Shown here in pieces: positions 57,241 to 64,000 of a stretch of 64,000 bases of DNA. The DNA lies in the NCBI RefSeq assembly GCF_009914755.1, contig NC_060941.1, one strand, 5' to 3'. The DNA comes from the human T2T-CHM13v2.0 reference genome, Homo sapiens. Position numbers and translations under genes: made by a program. Position 1 is the first letter of the stretch, and each line of letters starts with the position of its first letter. A model generated the notes under the pieces. The model did no database searches, was not told where the DNA came from, and saw nothing but the letters and a program-made list of their open reading frames with translations.

Positions 57241-60200
57241 ATGGACTCGAATTCAATGGAATGGAATGGACTCGAATGGAGTGGAATGGACACGAATAGA
57301 GTGGAGTTGAATGTACTCGAATGGAATGCAATGGAATAGAATCCACAGAACGGAATGCAACAGAAAGGAGTGGACTGGAATGGAATGCAATGGAATAGAA
57401 TGTAATGGAATGGAATTGAATGGAATGGACTCGAATGTCATGCAATGGAATGGACTTGAATGAATTGGAATGGAATCTATTTGAATGGAATAGAATAGAA
57501 TGGACTACAATGGAAAGGAATGGAATGGATTGGAATGGAATGGAATGGATTTGAATAGATTGAATGCAATGGTATGGAATGGACATGAATGGAATGGAAT
57601 GAAATGCACTCTAATGGAATGGAAAGGAATGCACTCGAATGGAAAGGAATGGAATGGAAAGGATTGGAATGGAATGGAAAGGAATGGAATGCACTCGAAT
57701 TGTATGGAACGGAATTGAATGGACTCGCAAGGAATGGAATGGAATGGAATGGAACCAAAAGGAATGCAATCGAATGGACCTGTATGGAATGGAATGGAAT
57801 GGAATGCGATGGAATCGAAAGGGATGGAATGTATTGGAATGGAATCGAATAGAATGGATAGGAATGGACCCGAATGGAATTGAATGGAATGGTCTCGAGT
57901 GCAATGGAATGGAATGTAATGGACATGAGTGGAATTTAATAGACTCAAATAGAATGGAAAGGAATGGACCAGAATTGAATGGAGTGGAATGGAATGGAAT
58001 GGAATGGAATGGTATGGAATGGAATGGATTTGAATGGAATAGAAGGAACGGAATGAAATGGACTCGAAAAGATTGGAATGGACTGGACTCACATGGAATG
58101 GAACGGACATGAATGGAACGGAATGGAATGGAATGAACTCGAATGCAATACAATGGAATTAAATGTCATGGACTCTAATGGAATGGAATGGAATGGACTT
58201 AAATTGAATAGCATGGAAGAGACTAGAATGGAATGGAATGTAAGGGAATGGACTCAAATGGAATGGAACGTAATTGACTCAAATGGAAAGGAATGGAATT
58301 AAATGGACTCGAAAGGATTGGGATAGAATACAGTGGAATGGACTCTAATGGAATGGAATGGAATGGACTCGAATGAAATGGAATGCAGTGGAATGGACTC
58401 AAATTGAATGGAATGGAATTGACAAGAAAGGAATTGAATGAAATGGACCTGAGTGGAATTTAATGGAATAGAATGGAATCGATTGGACTCGAATGGAATG
58501 GAATGGAATAGAATACACTGGGCTCAATTGGAATGGAATGGAAAAGAATGGAATGGAATAGAATGGACTGGAATGTAATGAGTTTCGAATGGACTGGATT
58601 GCAATGGAATGGAACGGAATGGAATGGAATGCAATTTACTCAAAAGGGATGGAATGGAATGGAATTTACTCGAATAGGATGGAATGGAATAAAATGGAAT
58701 GGAATGGGATGGAAAGGAATGGAAGGAACTGGAATGCAATGGAATGGAATTTACTCGAACGGGATGGAATGGAATGGAATTTACTCAAATGGAATGGAAT
58801 GGACTGAAATGGAATAGCATGGAATGGAATGGACACGAATACAATGGAATTGAATGGACTTGAATGGAACGGAATGGACTCGAATGGAGTGGAGTCAAAT
58901 GGCCTCGAAAGGAATGCAGTGGAATTGAACCGATTGGAATGTACTTGAAAGGAATGGAACGGAATGCAATGGAACAGAACCGAATAGAATGGAATGAAAC
59001 AGAACGGAATGTAATTGAATGGACTTCAAAGGAATGGAATGGAATGGAATGGAATGGAATGGAATGGAATGGAAAAGATTCAAATGTTATGCAATGTATT
59101 GGAATCGAATGAATTGGAATGGACTCTAGTTGGAGTGGAAAAGAATGGACTCCAATGGAATGGAGTGGAATGGATTGAAATGGAATGGAATGGAATTAAA
59201 TGGATTTCAGTAGAATGGAAAGAAATGGTGTGGAATGGATACGAATGGAATGGAATGTGATGGAATGAAATGGACTCGAATGGAATTGAATGGAATGGAC
59301 TCGAATGGAATGGAATGGAAATGAATGGATGGTACTTGAACTGTATGGAACGGAATAGAATGGACCCAAAAGGAATGGAATGGAATAGAATGGAATGGAA
59401 TGGAGTGGAGTGGAATGGACTAGAATGGAATGGAAAGGAATGCACCTGAATGGAATGGAATGGAATCGTTTGGTATGGAAACGAATGGAATGGAATGCAA
59501 TGGAATCAAATGATCTGGAATGTATTGGAATGGACTCAAATGGAATGGAATGGAATGGTCTCGAGTGGAATGGAATGGAATGAAATGGTCTCGAATGGAA
59601 TGGAATGGACTCGAATGGAATGGAAACGAATGGAACCGAATGGAATGGAATGGTATGTAATAGAATCAAATGGATTTGAATGGAATAGAATGAATGGAAT
59701 TGAATGGACTCAAAAGGATTCGAATGGAATGGACTCAAATGGAATGGAATGGTCATGAATGGAACGGAATGGAAAGGAATGAACCAGAATGGAACACAAT
59801 GGATTTTAATGGAATGGACTCTAATGGAATAGAATGGAATGGACATGAATGCAATAGAATGGAAGAGACTCGAAAGGAACGGAAAGCAAAGGAATGGACT
59901 CAAATGGAATGGAATGCAATTGACTCAAATTTCATGGAATCGAATTGAATGGACTCGAAAGGATTTGGATGGAATACAGTGGAATGGACTCGAATGGAAT
60001 GGAATGGAATTGATTCAAATGCAATGGAATGCAACAGAATGGACTCAAATGGAATGGAATGGAATAGACACGAATGGAATCGAATGAAATGGACATGAAT
60101 GGAATGGAATGGAATGAATTTACTTGAATGTGATGGAAGGGAATGGAATTTACTCGAACGGAATAGAATGGAATGGACTGAAATGGAAGAGCATTGAATG

Positions 60201-63200
60201 GAATGGACTTGAATGCAATGGAATGGAATGGACTCGAACGGAACGGAAAGGACTTGAATGGAGTGGAGTCGAGTGTCTTCGAATGGAATGCAATGGAATG
60301 GAATCGAATGGAATGAACTCGAATGGATTGGAATGGAACGGAATGGAAGGGAATGGCATGGAATGGAACCGAACGGGATGGACTTGAATTGAATGGAATG
60401 GACTGGAATGGAATGGAATGGAATGGACTCCAAGGTTATGCAATGGAATGGACTCTAATGAATAGGAATGGACTCTAGTTAAAAGGAATGGAATAGAATG
60501 GACTCCAATGGAAAGGAGTGAAATGGATTCGAATAGAATGGAATAGAATTGAATGGATTTGAATAGAAAGGAAAGTAATGGTATGGAATGGACACGAATG
60601 CAATGGAATGGAATGGAATGCAATGGACTCGAATGGAATGGAATGGAATGTACTGGAAAGGAATGGAATGGAACGGAATGGAATGGAATGCATTTGAATT
60701 GAATGGACCCAAAAAAAGTGGAGTGGAATGGAATGGAAAGAAATGGCATCGAATGGAATGAGACGGAATTGAACCGAAAGAAATAGCATGGACTCGAATG
60801 GAATGGAATGAAATGGAGAGGAATTAACTCAAGAACAATGCAATTGAATGGAATGGATTCGAATGTAATGCAATGGAAAGGAATGGAGCCGAATGGAATG
60901 GAACGGAATGGAATGGATTGGAATGGAGAGGTACAGAATGGAATGGAACATAATGGAAAGGAACGGAACTCAATGGACTGAAATGGAATGGAATAGATTT
61001 GAAGAAATGGATTGGAATGGCATGGAATGGAATGGACCCAAATGGAATGGAATGCACTCGAATGGAATGGAATGCAATGCAATGCACTCGAATGGAATAG
61101 AATGGAATGGAATGGAAGGGACTCGAATGAAATGGAATGGAATGGACTCGAAAGGAATGGAATTGACTCGAATGGGATGGAATGGAATCGAATGGACTCG
61201 AATGGAAAGGAATGGAGTGGAGTGGAAAGGAATGGAATGGGCTTCAATGGAATAGAAGGTAGTGGAATGGAAATTACTCGAATGAAATGGAATGGAAAGG
61301 ACTCGAATGAAATGGAATGCACTCGAATGGAATGTAATTGATCAGAATAGACTCCAATGGAATGGAATGGATTGGACACAGTTTTAATGGAACATTATGG
61401 AATGGAACGGAATGGAGAAGAATGGAGTGGAATGGAATGGAATGCAATGGAATGGAATGGAATTGAATGTAATGGAATTGAAAGGAAAGGAATGGAATAG
61501 AATGGAATGGAATGGAATAGAAAGGAATAGAATGGAATGAAAGGGAATCCAATAGAATGGAATGGACTCCAAAGGAATGGAATAGAATGGAATGGAATGG
61601 AATGGAATGGAATGGAAAGGAATGTAATGGAATGGAATAGATAGGACTGGAAAGAAATTGAATGGAATGGAATGAAATGGAAGGGAATGGTCTCGATAAG
61701 AACGTAATGGAAAGGAATGGACCCGAATGGACTGAAACAGAAAGGACTTAAGTGGAATGGAATGGAATGGACACGAATGAAATGGAATGGAATAGACTAT
61801 AATGGAAAGGAATGGATTGGAAAGGAAGGGAATGGAACGGACAAGAATGGAATGGAAAGGAATCGAATGGAATGGATTGGAATGGAATGGACTCAAATGG
61901 AATGGAATGGACTCCAGTGGAATGGAACGGAAAGAAATGGACTCGAATGGAATGGAGTGCAATATATTCAATTGGAATGGAATGGATTTGAATGGATTCT
62001 AGTCAAACCGAAAGTATTGGCATGGAATGGAATCGAATGGAATGTAATGGAATGGAATGAAATGGACTCGAACGGAATGGAATGGAATGAATTCGAATGG
62101 AATGGAATGGAATGGAGTAAAATGGAATGGACAGGAATGGTATGCAATGCAATTGAATGGACTCAAAAGGATTGCAAGGGAAAACAATGAAATGGAATGG
62201 AATGGACACATAAGGAATGTAATGGAATGAAATGTGCTGAAATGGAATGGAATGGAGTGGAATGGAAAAAAATGAAATAGAATGGACTCGAAGGGAATGC
62301 AGTTGAATTGAATGTACCCGAAAGCAATGGAATGGAATGGAACGCTTTGGAAGGGAATGGAATGGAATGAAATGGAAAAGACTCGAATGGAATGGAATGG
62401 AATGGACTAGAATGAAATGGAATAGAATGGAATGGAATAGAATTGAATGGAGTGGAATCGACTCGAGTGGAATGGAATGGAATGGACTCGAATGAAATGG
62501 AATGCTGTGGAATGGACTCGAAGGGAATGCAATGGAATGGAATAGACTCGAATGGAATGGAATGGAATGAAATGGAATGATATGGAATGGACGGGAATGA
62601 TATGGAATGTACGTGAATGAAATGGAATGAAATAGAATGGATTTGAATGGAATCATATGGAATGGAATGGAATGGAAAAGAATAAAACACTCAAATGAAA
62701 TGGAATGGAATGGACTCAAAATGAATGGATTGGAATGCAATGGAATGGAATGGAATGGAATGAAATGCAAAGGACACAAATGAAATGGAATGAAATAGAA
62801 TAGATTCGAATGGAATGGAATGGAATGGAATACAACGGACTCAAAGGGAATGGAATGTAATGGAATCGAAATGAATGTAATGGAATGGAATGGACCCGAA
62901 AAGAATGGAATGGAATGGAATGGAATGAAGTGCCCTCGAATGTTATGGAATGGATCGGAATGGACCCAAATGAAATGGAATGGACTCAAATGGAACGGCA
63001 TAGAATGGAATCGACTCGAGTACAATGGAATGGAATGGAATGGATTCGAATGGAATGGAATGGACCTGAATGGAATGGAACAGAAGGGAACGGAATGGAA
63101 TGGAACGGAACGGACTCGCATGGAATGGAATAGATTCGAATGGAATATAACGCAATAGATTCAAATGGAATGGAATACAATGGAATGGGCTCGATTGGAA

Positions 63201-64000
63201 TGGAATAGAATGGACTTGAATGGAATTCAATGGACTCAAAAAAATGGAATGAAATGTAATGGAATGGAATCGAATAGAATGCAATGGAATTGATTAGAAT
63301 GGAATTGAATGGTGTGATCACGAATGGAAGGGGTAGATTGGAATGGATTGGAGTTGAATAGAAATGAATGGATTGCACTCAAATGGAATGGAATGGAATG
63401 CAATCTAATGGAATTGAATGGAATGGATTCAAATGGAATAGCATGGACTGTAAAGGATTCGAAAGCAATGGAATGGAATGGACTCGAATGGAATAGTATG
63501 GACTCGAATGGAATAGAGTGGAGTAGACTCCAATGGAATGGAATGTAATTAAATGGACTCAAACAGAATCGAATGGAATGGAATGGAATGAACTCGAATG
63601 GAATGGAATGGAATAGAATGAAATGTACACGAATGGAATGGAATGGAATGGAATGGATCATACTGGAATGGAATGGAATGGAATGTACTGGAATGGAATG
63701 GAATGTACTGGAATGGAAAGGAATGCAATGTAATTGAATGGAATATACTGGAATGGAAAGGAATGCATTTGAATTGAATGGACCGAAAAAGATAGAATGG
63801 AATGGAATGGAATGGAATGGACTCGAATAGAATGGAAAGTATAAGAATGGAATAAACTAGAATGGAATGGAATGGAATGGAATGGAATGGAATGGAATGA
63901 AATGGACTCGAATAGAATGGAATGGAATGGAAAGCCCTGGAATGGAATGCAATTGAATGGAATGGAATGCATTTGAATTGAATGATCCCGAAAGAATGGA
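57240..64000 (-). repeat. Highly diverged HSat3 domain dominated by GGACTCGAAT (reverse complement ATTCGAGTCC) spacers; probably a different subfamily
   Basis: The last tcaacccgag is at ~57,042. From 57,243 onward ggactcgaa/ggactcaaa/ggactctaa recur densely and pure GGAAT runs are short. Confidence 0.85.

Larger units (their letters stand above)
1..64000. repeat. Satellite III (HSat3-type) pentameric satellite array, (CATTC)n/(GAATG)n
   Basis: The entire window is ATTCC/GGAAT pentamers with point variants. The recurrent in-register spacer ACTCGGGTTG/CAACCCGAGT matches the classical satellite III consensus CAACCCGA(A/G)T(GGAAT)n. No unique-sequence island is seen. Confidence 0.96.

Noticed and set aside
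1-64000. Hundreds of ORFs (HSIPF- or MEWNG-repeat proteins, up to 409 aa)
   Set aside because: A pure ATTCC repeat has no stop codon in any frame. ORF boundaries change between near-identical unit copies whenever one pentamer is gained or lost, so the reading frame is not conserved.
57240-64000. Satellite II (HSat2) assignment, because of many TCGAAT words
   Set aside because: It lacks the regular CATTCGATTC plus ATG/GATGAT ~23-26-bp HSat2 pattern; the backbone is still GGAAT pentamers.
1-64000. Canonical heat-shock elements, telomeric repeats, alpha satellite or CENP-B boxes, Alu/L1 fragments
   Set aside because: GAA units are in direct rather than alternating orientation and I could not point to a clean HSE. 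No TTAGGG arrays, 171-bp monomers, poly(A) tails or non-satellite islands were seen.

Overview
The whole 64 kb is pentameric satellite DNA of the human/hominid satellite III (HSat3, (CATTC)n/(GAATG)n) type, interrupted by the characteristic 10-bp spacer ACTCGGGTTG (reverse complement CAACCCGAGT). I see no credible gene, RNA gene, transposon or CRISPR array. The ORF track is an artefact of a stop-free pentamer, which translates as HSIPF on one strand and MEWNG on the other. The interest is architectural. (1) 1-28,898 holds three almost identical copies of a ~9.63-kb higher-order repeat (periods 9621, 9641 and 9636 bp). (2) A fourth copy has a clean 3224-bp deletion between internal paralogous blocks and fades into older sequence at ~33.1-33.6 kb. 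(3) 33.6-47.86 kb is progressively more diverged, with local 2.4-kb and 1.2-kb duplications. (4) An abrupt strand switch from CATTC to GAATG sits on an 8-bp palindrome, TCAATTGA, at 47,853-47,860. (5) The inverted arm carries 300-bp, 175-bp and ~1.65-kb local repeats, and its spacer changes from TCAACCCGAG through TCAACTCGAG to GGACTCGAA between ~55.3 and 57.2 kb, suggesting a subfamily boundary. The window looks like the edge of a recently amplified satellite array. Species and chromosome cannot be fixed from the sequence alone, and I found no new protein-coding system.
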